A model generated the notes under the pieces. The model saw only the letters and a list, made by a program, of their open reading frames with translations. It was not told where the DNA came from and searched no databases. 64,000 nt of DNA from Camelus ferus (taxonomy: Eukaryota), in contig NC_045696.1 in assembly GCF_009834535.1 (NCBI RefSeq), positions 96,722,001 to 96,786,000 of the forward strand, read 5' to 3'. Below are positions 14,635 through 28,400 of this stretch, in pieces (within the stretch, counting starts at the first letter, position 1; every line of letters begins with the position of its first letter). The position numbers and the translations under genes are program-made.

Positions 14635-15059
14635 TATCCAACAGCGCAGAGGTAGCTCTCATCAGACCTATGGTGTAACAGGGGCAGTGGCAGGCACTAC
14701 AAGTTCTTGAGCAGAGAAAAAAGTGCTACAGATTTCTGAGGAAGGTGATTTTGGAGACTGAGTGCAAGATGGCCTGGAAAAAAGAGAAAATAGAGATAGT
14801 AGAGCATAGGAGTGATGATCACTGGTTTTAAAGTCTGATCCTTTTCTCTCTTGCTAGCTGTGTAACTGAGTCTCCTCACAGTTTTAACAAGGATTAGAAC
14901 CAAAAAATGTCATATGTAAAAAGTTTAGCCTGGTGCCTCAGTAACTGACAGTTATTATTGCTTGTCTAAAGTAGTATGGGATGATAACTGTAAAGAAAAA
15001 GGAAGAGACAAAGCTAAGAGAGATGTTTCCAGAGGAAACATGGTGGTTGTTGATGGGTG

Positions 15060-15385
15060 GTCTATAGAGTGAATGTTTGTGTTCTTCCCCAAATTTCTAC
15101 ATTGAAGCTCTGACCTCCAGTGTGATGGGATTTGGAGGTGGGGCCTTTGGGAGATGATTAGGTTTAGATTTGGTCATGAGGGTGGGACCCACATGCTCAC
15201 AAAGACAAGGTCACGTGAACACACATCAAGACAGCAGCCATCTGCTAGCCAGGAAGAGAGCCCTTGCCAAGAACCAAGCTGGCTAGCACCTTGATCTTAC
15301 ACTCCCCAGCCCCCAGAACTGTGCGAAATAAATGTCTAAGCCACACAGTATATGGTAAGTCGTTGTAGCAGCCTGAGCTAAGACT
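15060..15385 (+). mobile_element. MLT1-type MaLR LTR
   Basis: GAATGTTTGTGTTCTTCCCCAAATT...GGTGGGGCCTTTGGGAGATGATTAGG...GTAGCAGCCTGAGCTAAGAC. Confidence 0.8.
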
Positions 15386-16639
15386 GTAAACAATCAAGAA
15401 TCCTGTCTCTTGCTCAGGTGTTCTTCTGATTTAAGGCAGAGGACGGGGTCTGGGCATCTATGTATTTGTTTCCTCAGACTGTGCAGCCAAGTCTAGTGCG
15501 CTAGATCTGAGGTCTCTTAGGATACAGACTGAGGTCTTATTTGTCTTCAAATCTCCAGAGCACCCAGCCAATTGGGATGAACATGGAAGTTACTTGCACT
15601 TTTACTACAGTGAATGGTACATTTCAACTTTTGACTGGATAGTCAAGTAGACTTATGCTGGAGATAACTGGTAATACAGTACTAGAAGGAGACAGAATGT
15701 ACACATCTGTATTTGAGAATAATTTAAGTGCATGTGGTGGCTACAATTATGAAGGAAGATTCATACATAGTGAACACATAATATTCTTGAGGCCTCAGAA
15801 GCATCTAATACAAAATAAATTAATATAATCAGCTTAAGTGGAATTTAAAAGCAGGATCTGGAGGACATAGCCTGTATTGAAAAACATTATTTCAACCAAA
15901 TGTATGCATTTCAAGATCAAAGGTAAGTAGGAAATTAAGAACTCTGTACAAAATTTGATTGATCAGAAAGTTATCTTGTGGGGGTTTCTTCATAATATTA
16001 ATAAAGTGTGCATTGTTAAAATGTGCCCCAGCATTGACGACTCCTCTTCTGGTGATAGCACTTCAGTTTCTCTTTGGAGGATTGGCCACAACTCATTGCA
16101 CACAATCTTGGTGGGACTGTCAATTAAGATGCCCAAATCTTTCCCAGCCAGAGCTGTGCCTATGTCCAAAGTGAAAAACTATTAAAGCCAACTAATTCTG
16201 GTAGAAACCTTGAGGAGTGTTCTAGACTCTAAACTACTCTGGCTCCTGTCATCTCCAGGGCCTCACTGTTTATCTTTTCATTTGAATCTGTGAGCTGTAA
16301 CATATTTTGCCACTACTCTTTGCCCCTTAAGTTAGAGAGACTCCATTTTGTTGCTTGCAAACCAAGAACCCTAACTTAAAGCCATGTATCTTCTTTCTTT
16401 CCTTAAGCCTACCTTAGGCTTTTAAACTGTTACCACTCCATGTCCAACTATTAAACATGGAATTATAGACAGACACTACTTGGAAGTTCAGATAGTAGAT
16501 TGTCAGTGTCTAGGAGGCCATGGCACAGATGGGATAATCCTGGCCAGCAAGCTGTTTAGGCTAGCAAGCTCAGAATCAAGGCCAGACCTCAGTGCCAGGA
16601 AGGACCTGGAGCAAGAAGCTTAGGATTAAAGGCTTATGA

Positions 16640-17278
16640 TAAAAACTATGTTCATATGAAAACCTGCATGCGGGTATTTACAGCAGCTTTATTCAAAACT
16701 GTCAAAACTTGGAAGCAACCAAGATGTCTTTCAGTAGGTAAATAGATAAAATGTGGTCCACCCAGACAATGGAACACTATTCAGTGCTAAAAAGAAATGA
16801 GTCATCAGCCATGAAAAGACATGAAGAAAATTTAAATGCATATTATTAAGTGAAAAAAAAAAACCAATCTGAAAAGGCTGCATATGGTATAATTCCAACT
16901 ATATGACATTCTGGAAAAGGCAAAAGTATAGAAACAGTTAAGATCAGTGGTTGCCAGGGGAAAGGTAGGGAGATGAATAGGAGGAATACAGAAGATTTTC
17001 AGATCAGTGAAACTACTATTTGATACTATAATAGTGGATATATGTCATTATACATTTGTCCAAACCCATAGAATGTACACCACCAAGAGTGAACGTTAAA
17101 CTATGGACTTTGGGTGATTAGGATACGTCAAGGCAGGTTCACCAATTATAACAAATGTACCACTCTGCTGAGGGATGCTGATAATGAGGGAGGCTGTGCA
17201 TGTGTGGAAGAAGGGAGTGTATGGGAAATCTTCAGCTCAATTTTGTTGTGAACCTAAAATTCCTCTGAAAAAAAAAAA
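16640..17278 (+). mobile_element. Older L1 (L1M-type) 3' region
   Basis: AAAACTTGGAAGCAACCAAGATGTC...GGAAAAGGCAAAA...AATTTTGTTGTGAACCTAAAA followed by an A tail. Confidence 0.8.
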
Positions 17279-19663
17279 TCTTCCTTTCCTTTGCAGCAGT
17301 CAATCACTAGGTCAACCACTATCTATTTCTCCTCCAGAGAACAGGGGGATGTCCAGAAACAAAGACTCTTCCTTCAGATCAGAGGGAGTTCAGATTCTAG
17401 CATCTTCTGTGCAGGTTGGCTTCATGGCTGTGTGAACCTGTGCAGTTGTACAGGGCCCAGCACTTAAAAGCACCTGCACTTGGTTTAATGCTTGCTGTCA
17501 CTGCCTTGAAATTCTTAATTTTTGAACAATGAACTCCATATTTTGCCCTGGATCCAGCTGCTTCTATGCCCAAGGCTGATCACTTCTCTGCTCTGGTCAA
17601 TATTACCAAACTATCAAAAAATAAGTGCTAAGACAGAAACTTAAAAGAGTGTCCTTGCTGGGAAGAAGAGGGGAAGAGGACACAAAAACAAAGCAGGCTG
17701 GGCACAATGAAAGGTTCTCTCTGGTGATACCACAATTCTAGGATTTCACCTGTTTAGCTTCAGTTGAACATAAGACAAATAACCAAAACTGAGCCCAGAA
17801 GTAATTTTGCCTGAGGATGTGAATGCAAGAAGTTCTGCTTTGTCAGATATTTTAAGGCTTTAAAAATACAGCTGACTTTTCTTTTAGAAGGAACTTAATT
17901 CCTAAGAGATTTGTGGAGGTATTCCCAAGTCACACAGTGCCCGATTTGCAACTACCCCTGGGTTACACAGTACCTATTTCCTCTTCCAAGAGTGCTCACA
18001 TCCCTCCCAGCTCAAGTGATAACCTGAGATGGCAACCTGGCTGTGACCGTTCCACCCCAATTCCAGCGTCTCTCTGCTTCACTTCTCCCTTGCTTCCCCT
18101 CTTTCTCTGTCTGTCTCATGGATATCTTTTTCTCTGTAATGCCTTTTTCTCTTTCCTTTCTGCTTCTGTTTTTTGTTTAGTGATCTTAGGAAAATTTCTC
18201 TTCTTTCTTTCCCTCTCTTCATTTCATTTATATACACCAAATGACCTCAACTGTGGTTAAATGTAATAGTGAAAATTTGTATCCAGGGAAAGAGAAGTTT
18301 ATATGTATGTAGCAAAAAACAAACAAACAAAAAACAAAAAAAACCCCAAAAACAGTAACTAAAGCACACAAAAATGACCAAGAGCATCTGCAGGACTCTC
18401 CCAAAGTTACCTTCTACTTTTTCCTTCATCTAAATCTGCTTTATTAAAAAGAAAGTTAGCATTCCAACTTTCAAAATGAATTCTTATTCTGTAAGAATAA
18501 GCTTTTCTTGTTTTAGTGAATCTATACCCAGTTCTTCCATTTAAGGTTTTTATGGGCTCCCCTCAGCACCCATAATCACTTGTATTACTACCTCTATGGA
18601 GAAACACATTCCATTTTGCAAACATTTGACCTACAAACTCTTGAGACATGATTTGCTACAAGAGGCGATCACTGGGAGAACTCAGGGGAAAAACAGGAAT
18701 AAGTCTAATGGTAAGAGGACAGAGGATTAATCCAAGGAGCTTGGCAATATAAAAAGAAAGGGCAGCAACCCAGGATATTAAATTTGTAACTTTTAAGTGA
18801 GTGAATATATTTTCCAGATATGTTCTATAATTTCTATCTCCTTAATGTCCCAGTACTCTGATCTTTGAACCCCTCTAGCGGCCATCTCAGGAGTTGCATT
18901 TTGGTTGAAATGAATATAAAATGCTTTTAATTTTCAAATTCATTTAAAATATAAAGATATGATATTATAAAATATAAAAACCCTTTAGAAGTGTGCTTTT
19001 CTGACTTCCACTTAAACACAGCAAAATAAGCATACACATTTGCCTCTCTCCTTTCTCAGGATCTCAGAGAAATGACAGTAGAGTGGTACAAGCTATAAAC
19101 CCATGGCAACACTGGAAAGAAGGCAGTGGTCTAGAAACCGTAAAAACTCTAGAATAAACAGAAAGCAGATATGGAAGTGCAGTTCTTCCACATGACCTGG
19201 AGGTGAGAACAAGAAATACTCTTAACCACAGTAATATCACCCATCTTTTTATGTCAATATACATTGAACACTTGTTTATAATTTATTTGCCTAGGTGCTA
19301 TAGACTGAATGTGTGTGTCCCTTAAAAATTCGTATGTTGAACCTAGTCCCCAGTCTGACAGTGTTTGGAAGTGAGGCCTCTGGGAACTGCCTCAGTTCAA
19401 ATCTTGCATCCTAGCTTTGTAATGTTGGCAAATTTCTTAATTCTATAGCCTTAGGGGCATATATATTATTACATTATATATTATAGAACGATCATACAGA
19501 TACCCATTAATAATAAAAATAATGTAAGTGAATCAATTAGTATGTGAAGTAGGGTTTTTGTATTAGGTAATAGGTCAGGATAAAAGATGGAATCCCAACT
19601 TACTAGGCATTTATAAGAGAACACAGCAGATTTTCCAAGTCCACTTGTCAAAATTCCTTAAAA

Positions 19664-19886
19664 GATAAACAAGTTTATACTGTAAAGCACAGGGAACTAT
19701 ATTCAATATCTTGTAGTAACTTATGGTGAAAAAGAATATGAAAACAAATACATGTATGTTCCTATATGACTGAAGTGTTGTGCTGTACACCAGAAATGGA
19801 CACACTGTAAACTGACTATACTTCAATAAAAATAATAAATAAATAAATAAGTAAATGAATGAAAGAAAGAATGGCCAAAAAAAAAA
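19664..19886 (+). mobile_element. 5'-truncated L1 3' end
   Basis: GATAAACAAGTTTATACTGTAAAGCACAGGGAAC...CTTCAATAAAA tail; related short copies at about 1717-1823 and 2471-2563. Confidence 0.85.
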
Positions 19887-20559
19887 TTCTTTAAAGGAAA
19901 AAAAAAATCAGAGGCATTTTTGCAGACATTTACCTACCTCTCATGCTGCCTCAGTTATTAGGTGATGTATTTCCAAGAGCAAATGAATTCCACCCAATAT
20001 CCATAACATCAAGTCCTTACCTTAGATATTAGAGGTATATAAAATTGAACTGGAAGAAGACAATTTCCTATTCTGAAGCCTAGATTATGATTTTTAAACT
20101 GTACAAAACTCTATTCTTCTTTACATATAAAAAAGTTAAACATTACAAATAAACCTGAAGTTCTTTTTGACCACTCTCAACCCTAGTAGTCAGTGCCATC
20201 AGTTTAGTGTGTACCCTCATCAAACTTTTTTCTGGAAGTTTACAGACTTCAATGTTTCCATAAAAAAATATAGTATTGTTTTGAAAATATGCTGTATTAT
20301 TTTATTTGGCAACATATATAAGCAGGTTTTGACATAAATTATACCTCTATTTCTTTTCTAAGAGAATTTCCTTTTTGGGGGGTATGATAGTTGGGTTTTG
20401 TTTTTCTCCTCCCTCCCTGAGAACCTTGCTTAACTCATGAAAGAGCCTTTGTGCCTACTGATTTGCCTTATACAAGCTTATATGATGTTATTCACGGACG
20501 CTTATGACAAATGCCAAATACACTTCTGACATGATTAAGGAAAGATTTTTACATTGCAC

Positions 20560-20658
20560 TTTTCTTTTTTTCTTGTAAGTGGAGGTACTAGGGATTAAAC
20601 CCAGGACCTCGTGCATGCTAAGCATGCGCTCTGCCACTGAGCTATATACCCTCACCCC
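20560..20658 (-). mobile_element. tRNA-derived SINE (vic-1-like)
   Basis: Reverse complement TATAGCTCAGTGGCAGAGCGCATGCTTAGCATGCACGAGGTCCTGGGTTTAATCCC. Confidence 0.85.
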
Positions 20659-22049
20659 CAATCCCCCAAGAAAAGGAGGTTTTTGTGAGAATCCAGGATT
20701 TACAGGTTTTCCTTTATAATGAATACAGCAATGTATTTAAAATTTCATTTTCAAGCAGACTTTCATCACTTTACACTTTTTTTTTCTATCGCCATTCTCT
20801 TACTTCCAGAGAATAACATATTTAAAATAAAAATCAAATAAAATATGTAAAGAACACCTCAGTAATTTTTGCATCGATATTTGCCCAGAATTAAAACATT
20901 TCTTTGGAAAAAATTAAATGGATTAAATGATTAGAAAAATGAAAATAATTCTAAAAAATGAGTCTAAGCAATCTAAGAGTTTTGGTAGAAAGTCACCTTG
21001 GAGCAATTAAAAAGCATCTGACTAAAACAAAAGGTTCAATGATACCACCTCTGAGACAAACATTTTTTAAATGATTAATATGTTTACTGTAAACTGTGCT
21101 ATAAATGATAATTAATCTAAAAAAAAATTCTTTGGCTGTCAGGCCAAAAAACATTACACTGTCTCAGGATGCATTACTTAACATTTTATTAGAAAAACAA
21201 TCTTTTAAGTAATATATTATAAAAGTAATCAAGCTGCCTAAGTTTCTATTGTCAGAAATTAATTAATGTTGAAAGCAATTTTATGTACATGCGTGTGTGT
21301 GAGTGTGTATGTGTCTGCCTGTGTGTCCACACTTACTCCACACAAAAAACATTTAAAATATCATTAAAATCTTAATTTATTTGGTCTTTACCAAATATTA
21401 TTAGCAGCTTTGGGGCATCAATAAACTTAACTATCTGTGGTTATCTCTCAAAGTATTTCTAGGCTCTTTCCTTTTACTTATCAGTTTAAATATTAGCTCT
21501 GGAAAATGAAAACCTGTATCAATGAAAATGAAATAAAAACAACTTCAACTGTAAAACTGATGAAAAAATTGTAATAGACTCTGAAACCGAATATAAATTA
21601 GTTTTGATAGCTGAGTGTCTTGGATCATCAGTACATCTTTTTTTAATCATATGAGTGAACAAGCAAAACAATCAAGACTCGACTATAGCAAAATAATCAT
21701 AGTTCACGTTTTCAGCAGCAAAGGCATAGTTCAACATTAAATTATTAGGTTTATTATTTGAAATCTCAAAATAAAATGTTTTACTATTTTCTATTTTTAA
21801 AGTCTATATTTACTTTAGAACTAGTTAGAAAAACTTTGCTTCAAGTACTACAAATAATATAAACAATATATTTAGTGCAACCTGATTTTAAGGCTTTTCT
21901 TTAAAGTTTGACAATATAATGTTTTAGAATCAAGGAAGCCATATTATATATTCAAAAGAAAAATTTCCCAAATTTGCCTTATAAATTAATAAAGGACTTG
22001 TTAATTAGGAACTTATAACAAAGCCAACAATGACTAAATGCAAAATGTC

Positions 22050-22055
22050 TTTATT
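22050..22055 (-). terminator. EIF2A: Candidate proximal poly(A) signal of EIF2A (AATAAA); further AATAAA at 21750, 21376 and 21185
   Basis: First minus-strand AATAAA, about 310 nt past the stop codon, followed by U/GU-rich sequence. Confidence 0.55.
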
Positions 22056-22363
22056 TGTTTATATGGTAAATACTGTCCCTTACCAAAAAAACAGTGACAC
22101 TGGTCTTTCAATCTGTCAAGCTTAACTAAAAAAACCATGTGTCTCTTTTCTATATCATGGGTTGACATAATATAGAATGCAAGATGTAAAAATCAACTTA
22201 ATAGACATTATTAAATAATTTCACACATATGCAGAATCTTGGATAAATGGTTAAAATTGTAAATGAACATTAAATGTGAGCACATGGATATTCCATGTAC
22301 ACCAGTTTAACAGAAAATGTGTTTGTACTGATTTATGGTAACCAACTTGCTTTCTGTGAATCT

Positions 22364-22429
22364 TTAAATACCCAGTTCCAAATCTTCCAGCTCCTGGAGA
22401 AGGGCTTTCTCTTTCTGAATCTTCTCCAA
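22364..22429 (-). CDS. EIF2A: EIF2A exon 14, coding part with stop
   Basis: 66 nt, [21 protein letters not shown]. Confidence 0.96.
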   Translation of the reverse strand: MEKIQKEKALLQELEDLELGI

Positions 22430-25400
22430 CTAAAAAAGTTTAAAACAATACAGTTATTAAATAAGAAATGAAATAATTATTGGATCTATAGCTATACAGC
22501 AAAGGAGAAAAAAATTTAGAGAAAGTATTTCTGAGACTTTATCAGATCTACTGGTAAACACAGATTAAAAAAATACAGTTTACAAACAAGTTCTAATTTG
22601 TTATTTGGTATGAATCAGGGGGCAAAAAACAGAGCTGTCTTAATGCATCCCTTTAGGTCTAATAAATTTTTCACTCTACACTTGGGCTTCAAAGTGCTGA
22701 GGAAAGGAGGCAGGAAAGGGGCAAACAGGACAGTGTAACCAGATACAGGAAGAGAATCTTCTATTTGTCTATCATAATAAACTGCCTTTATTTTCAGCAG
22801 CAAAGGCATTAGTATGCCTCACAGGAAATAGGCACTCCCTTGTTCACCATGACCCATATCATGTCTTCCCCATCCTCCCCTGCTAAGAGTAAAAATGTTA
22901 AAAAAAAAAAAAAAAAAAAGGCGTATGATCTTCAAAAGAAGTTTTAAAATCAATATGCTATTTACCTGATTAAACAATTGCTTATAATAAAAAGGGGAAA
23001 GGTGGTAGTGACCATGAGCCCAAACAAAAAATGCAGAAAAGACCTGATTTTTTTCTAGCTGTTTTCCAGTTGCTGCTTGTTCTTTCAGTTGTTCGATTGC
23101 TTTCAGTTTCTGCAAACATCAAATATGAGTCAAAAGGAAGGAAGAATAAGTAATTTTAGAATGCAAATTTTCTTATTAACATAACAATTCAATCATATAA
23201 ATGTGAAACCTGAATAAGGAAAATCAATTATCTTACATTTGTATCAAGAATACACTGTTAAAATGCTAAGGTAAAGCTACTTTTTAAAATTAAACGTAAA
23301 ATTGGGTATGTTAAGAACATGGACTCTGGCAAAGTATTTTTCAAGATTTTAATTATCATATATGTAAATCTATGTGTATGTACACGAATATATATATGTA
23401 ACTATATCACCAATTTCACCATCTCACTGTACCTGACTGGTGTCTTTGGGCTTTAAGAGAAACTCCATAATGAAGCCTGGAGAGGGCTCTAGAAACCTAG
23501 ATTTTTACCTCCAAGGCTACTATCATGAACTGATTACAATTTGACAATCAACTGAAATTCCTTTTGTTTCTGTTTCTTCATCTTTAAAACTGGGATAAAT
23601 ATCTGTCCCTATCTGTCTCACAAATGTCTAATGAAATAGTGAGTATAAAAGTGCTGGCATATTTCTGTACAAATGTAACATTATTTCTTATTACTCCAAA
23701 AATCAATATAAAAACTCTAAAATCCTTTAGCCATCTGTGAAGAGAACCAAAATCAGTGCCATTGCTGTTACAGTATTTCACAGTGAGAAAGCAACCATGA
23801 GAACTGCTACAAACTTCTCAGATTCCCATCTTTAGGCAGCTAGGCATTGTTTTCTTTATGTAATTCTCATGTATTTCTCTCAGTAAACACATCTGCTTTT
23901 CACTTAAGCTTCCCACCTTCTTTAGGTTCTTGATTTTTTTGTCTATCTCAGGGTCTCCAGAAGTTGACTGAGAGAAAGTATTTCGTGGTGTGCTCGGTGG
24001 GGCGGGAGTAGGTGCCATGTCTGGACTTTTGTCATTTCTTGCTTCCTGCAGGAAATATTTTCAAAAATTAAATTTTCTAAAATGAAATCATCAAAGGATT
24101 TCAACCAACATAACCTTGGTATATAAAATTCAGAAACCAAAATATGATTTTATCTTTATATAAAATGTAAAGAAAGGATTACCCAAAAAAAAAAATTCAC
24201 TTTTGACATCAGATAAAAAATTTTTAAATTTAGTTGTTTGTAACCAACTGAGAATATTAATTTTTCTAGGAAGATTAATGTCATAAATGTGAACAACTAT
24301 TAAAGTTAAGTGAAATATGACATAATTTTCCTACATATTTAAAAAAACCAAGAATAAGTTAAAATGTCTGTTATTATACTTAAATTCTGGTCATTCTCTG
24401 GAAGGTCGTATATGGTAAGATTAAATTTTGTTTCAATTATTTTTGGTAAAGTTGATAAGCTTACAAAATCATCACGTTTTAAAAAGTACCTGGTTAAGTA
24501 ATATACATCCGACTCCTTTATCTTTGGTTCCTTAATTCACAGTCAGGGATAAGAAGCTCTGATCAAGGTGAGATCCTGTCATAGATTATTTACCTTTGTT
24601 CCAGTACACAGTCATAACTTATACTAACTCTACCCAGCTGTCTCAAAAATGCAAATTTAAAGGATTATCTTGCAAGTAGAAAACTCTTTGCCATCACTGG
24701 GAAACACGCAAAGAGCAACTCCATAATGACAGATTAGTGCTATCATCTTCAGTAAATAACATGCTCCTGTGGGTGATTATATGGTTGTAAGAGGTGGGGT
24801 AGGGTAGGGGAGTTGTTTTTTTAATTATTATGTTTTACATTAATAGCACTGATTGCCTTTTCAAAAGAGCTAGAGGGCTATCTTCAAGAAAGTCAAAATA
24901 TTTTAATATTGATTTTTCTCAATAAGATATACTGATTCTATGACCCTCCTCCCAAAATTTTATGTGCTCAAATACCAGAAAAACACACAAAATAAACAAC
25001 TAATATTTTATTACAAAGCGATCTTAGCTCAGTATCAGTAATGGGCATATTAAAAATATCTTCTGATAAAGAGGAAGAAATATCACTTATAAAAATAGGA
25101 TTCTAAGTTGAGTGGGTTTCAGAAGGCCTTTAAATCTCAATTAGAAAGAAACTTATACAGCCAGTATATAAAAGAGTATGGAGGTTCCTCAAGAAACTAA
25201 AAATAGAGCTACCATACGATCCAGTAATCTCACTTCTGGTTATATATCCAAAGGAAATAAAATCATTATCCCAAAGAGGTATCTGTGCTCCCATGTAAAT
25301 TGTGACATTATTTATTGTAGCCAAGATATGGAAACAACCTAAGTGTCCATTAATGAATGAATGGATATAGAAAAATGTGATATATATACATACATATGTA

Positions 25401-28400
25401 TACACACAGTGTAGAATATTATCTAGCCATGAAAAAGTAAATCCTACCATTTGCAACAAGATGCGTGAAACTGGAGGGCATTATGCTAAGTGAAATAAGC
25501 CAGAAAGATAAATACTGCATGGTATCACTTATATGTGGAAGCAAACAAACAAACAAAATCAAACGCATAGAAACAGAGTTGAATGCTGGCTACCAGCAGC
25601 TAGTAGGGTGGGAAAAATGGGGGAGAGGTTGGTAAAATGGTATAAACTTTCAGTTGTAAGATGAATAAGGTCTGAGTATCTCACGTATAACATGGTGACT
25701 ATAGTTGATAATACTATATTGTATTAAATACAGTAACTGAAATTTGCTAAGAAAGTAGAATTTTAAGTGCTCTCATCCCCAAAAGTAAATAGGTAAGGTG
25801 ATGAATGTGTTAATTAACTTGATTGTAGGAATCCTTTCACAATGTATACCTGTATTATATAATGTTGAACACTGTAAAATTTTTGTCAGTTATACCTGAA
25901 ATTATTAGCTGAAAAAACGACGACGACAAAAAAAGGACTCTTGGCTACCAATAGTTATAAGGATACTACCAACCTGTAATATTCAGGGCCAGCAGAGGTC
26001 TCCACTCACTCTGATGAAAGGCTTCTGCTTTTATACTATAACGTCTAATACACGGACTGGATCATTTTACCTGGAATGACCTAGGCCTAGGCTATTTAAA
26101 GATATTTCTGGAGATGAGATATGTTAACTACAGAAGAGCACACTGATTTTTAAGCCCAGATTTTAGCAGAATATGGTTGCATAATGAAATTCTATACCTT
26201 AAAATAGTAACTGCCTACCAAAACACATAAGTAACCTAGAACTGTCACAATTCAAGCATTAACAGGCAAGACCAAATTGTCTGACTCTCAAAAATGTGGT
26301 TACCACAACTTTACTAACCAGGTATTTCCAGCCTAGCTGGTATCACTAGCACCATAAGCCACACACCATAACACTTGTCAATTATTATGCTGGTGTGTAG
26401 TTTACCAACTACCAAATCATATAAAAAATTATTTTAGAACAATTCCATTGTTTGGGTACTTCTGGTGTTTAGATTCCCAGTTGAATAATTTCCTCTAGTA
26501 AAATGGCTTTACAGTCATGTAATTTCTGGTCTCTTAACAAATAACATACTTTCAAGAAAGCAAACTATACAGCTTCACACAGGTTCCCCAAAAAGGGTCT
26601 GTTGCAAGTAACATACTACATAATCCCATTAGGGTTTCAGGTTTTAAGGTCAGTTCCACTTTCCTAAGTCCCATGTTATATATATGGGACTACTTAGAAA
26701 TTCACAGGCAAATACAAAAGAGATGTTCTGTCTATTTAAATCTAATCCAACTACATTTTATAACATAACAATCAAGTAAGTTTTTAGGACTACAACTCTT
26801 TAAACTTTAAGGCATAGTACTAATTTAACTGGTTTTGTCTGTTTTGTTTTGAAGAAGTGCCCCAAGTACCTGCTTTGCAGCTTTCTTAGCTTCATGCTTC
26901 CTTTGATTTTTAAGGGCTGTTTTTGATAACGGCTTCTCATTTCCTGGTTGTGGTTTCATATTCTGAGGTAGCTCCTCCTCATGCTATGGAAAATGCAATA
27001 AATGATTTTGAAATGGAATTCATGTTTTTAAAAACATATACAATAAATTACACAATTTTGCTAGTACAGGATAAACTTTCATTAAATTTATGTTAAGTTC
27101 ACCAGCAAAGAATATTTCAAAACTTTTTATAGTAGGCACACTTCAACTGTCAAGATGGATATAATAAGGATCTTCCTATTAGTTGATATGTGGTAACTTT
27201 CAGTTATATAAGAGCTGGCAAAATTCACTTTAGTTTTGTTTAAACAGTGGAATTTTTGTGGTGCTGCTACTAACACATGATTCTTATGAAATTAAATATT
27301 AACAATAGCTTCTTCTGCAGTCTTTATGGATCCTTTTTGGACTACTGCCAACAGAAACCCAGTTGCCTCATCTGTTTTCTTTGCACAAAGAATCATTTGC
27401 TAGATCCTTACTTGCAAAATCAGAGATTAGAAGGTTAAAAATAAAAGCAACTGGAAAAACAAAAACAGACAATGAGGAAATAAATCAAATAGGAAGTAAC
27501 TACATAGTTATAAATCCAGAATTAACATAATGAAGGGGCCTTCAAAAAACTAAATGACTTGTCAGACTATACAATTAAAACAGACAATCATTTCATCATT
27601 GGATATTTATATAACTATCAACTACATTCAACAACAGAAAGAGAGTGAATTACATACGGGATCAAGAAGGATCTAATGTAAAACACAGTGACTATATTTG
27701 ATTAACACTCTACTGTAAACTGTATAACTGAAGAGAGAGTAGAATTTAAATGTTCTTACCAAAATAAATAAATAAATATGATGATGAACGTATTAATTAA
27801 CTAGATGAGGGGAAACCTTTTTACAATGTATATATATGTCAAATCACCATGATGTACACTTTAAATATTTTATAATTTTGTATGTCAATTATGTTTCAAT
27901 AAAGCTGAAAAAAAAAAAAAGGTATTTCCAGACAACATATAATATAAGTAATGGCATTACAACTTATTATCAGATTCCTTTACTTATTTATTGCTCTTCA
28001 CATTGCTATTGTCTTAATGTTAATTGTCTTAAACTATGATACTCAGCACGTCAGAAGGACCAGATCTCCATGAAGTTTCTTGAGTTCTAGATCTCAGATC
28101 TGTATTGTATTTATAAGTGTCAAACGGGCAGGGCTCAAACATTTAAGATATAGAGGAGTAAGAAACCATAAAATGACTTTATCTTAGCAGCTGCATTAAC
28201 TATTGCAGGCATCCAAGTTCTATATGTGGACATACCCTACTTGAAACCCACATTTGTAGAACAGACAAATTTGGATGGCAAGCTTATTTCACTTTTTTAT
28301 CCTCACTGCACACAATGTTAGTTAAGATATACTAATATTTGCTGAACATTTGTTTTATACATCAAAATTCTTTTAATAGTGGGCTCTTCTACAGTACTTT

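Noticed and set aside
15955..16185. Overlapping 71-76 aa ORFs that looked like a pseudogene fragment
   Set aside because: The reverse complement (TTGACAGTCCCACCAAGA...ACCAGAAGA...ATGCTGGG) resembles an old MLT1-type LTR end, and I recognise no protein family.
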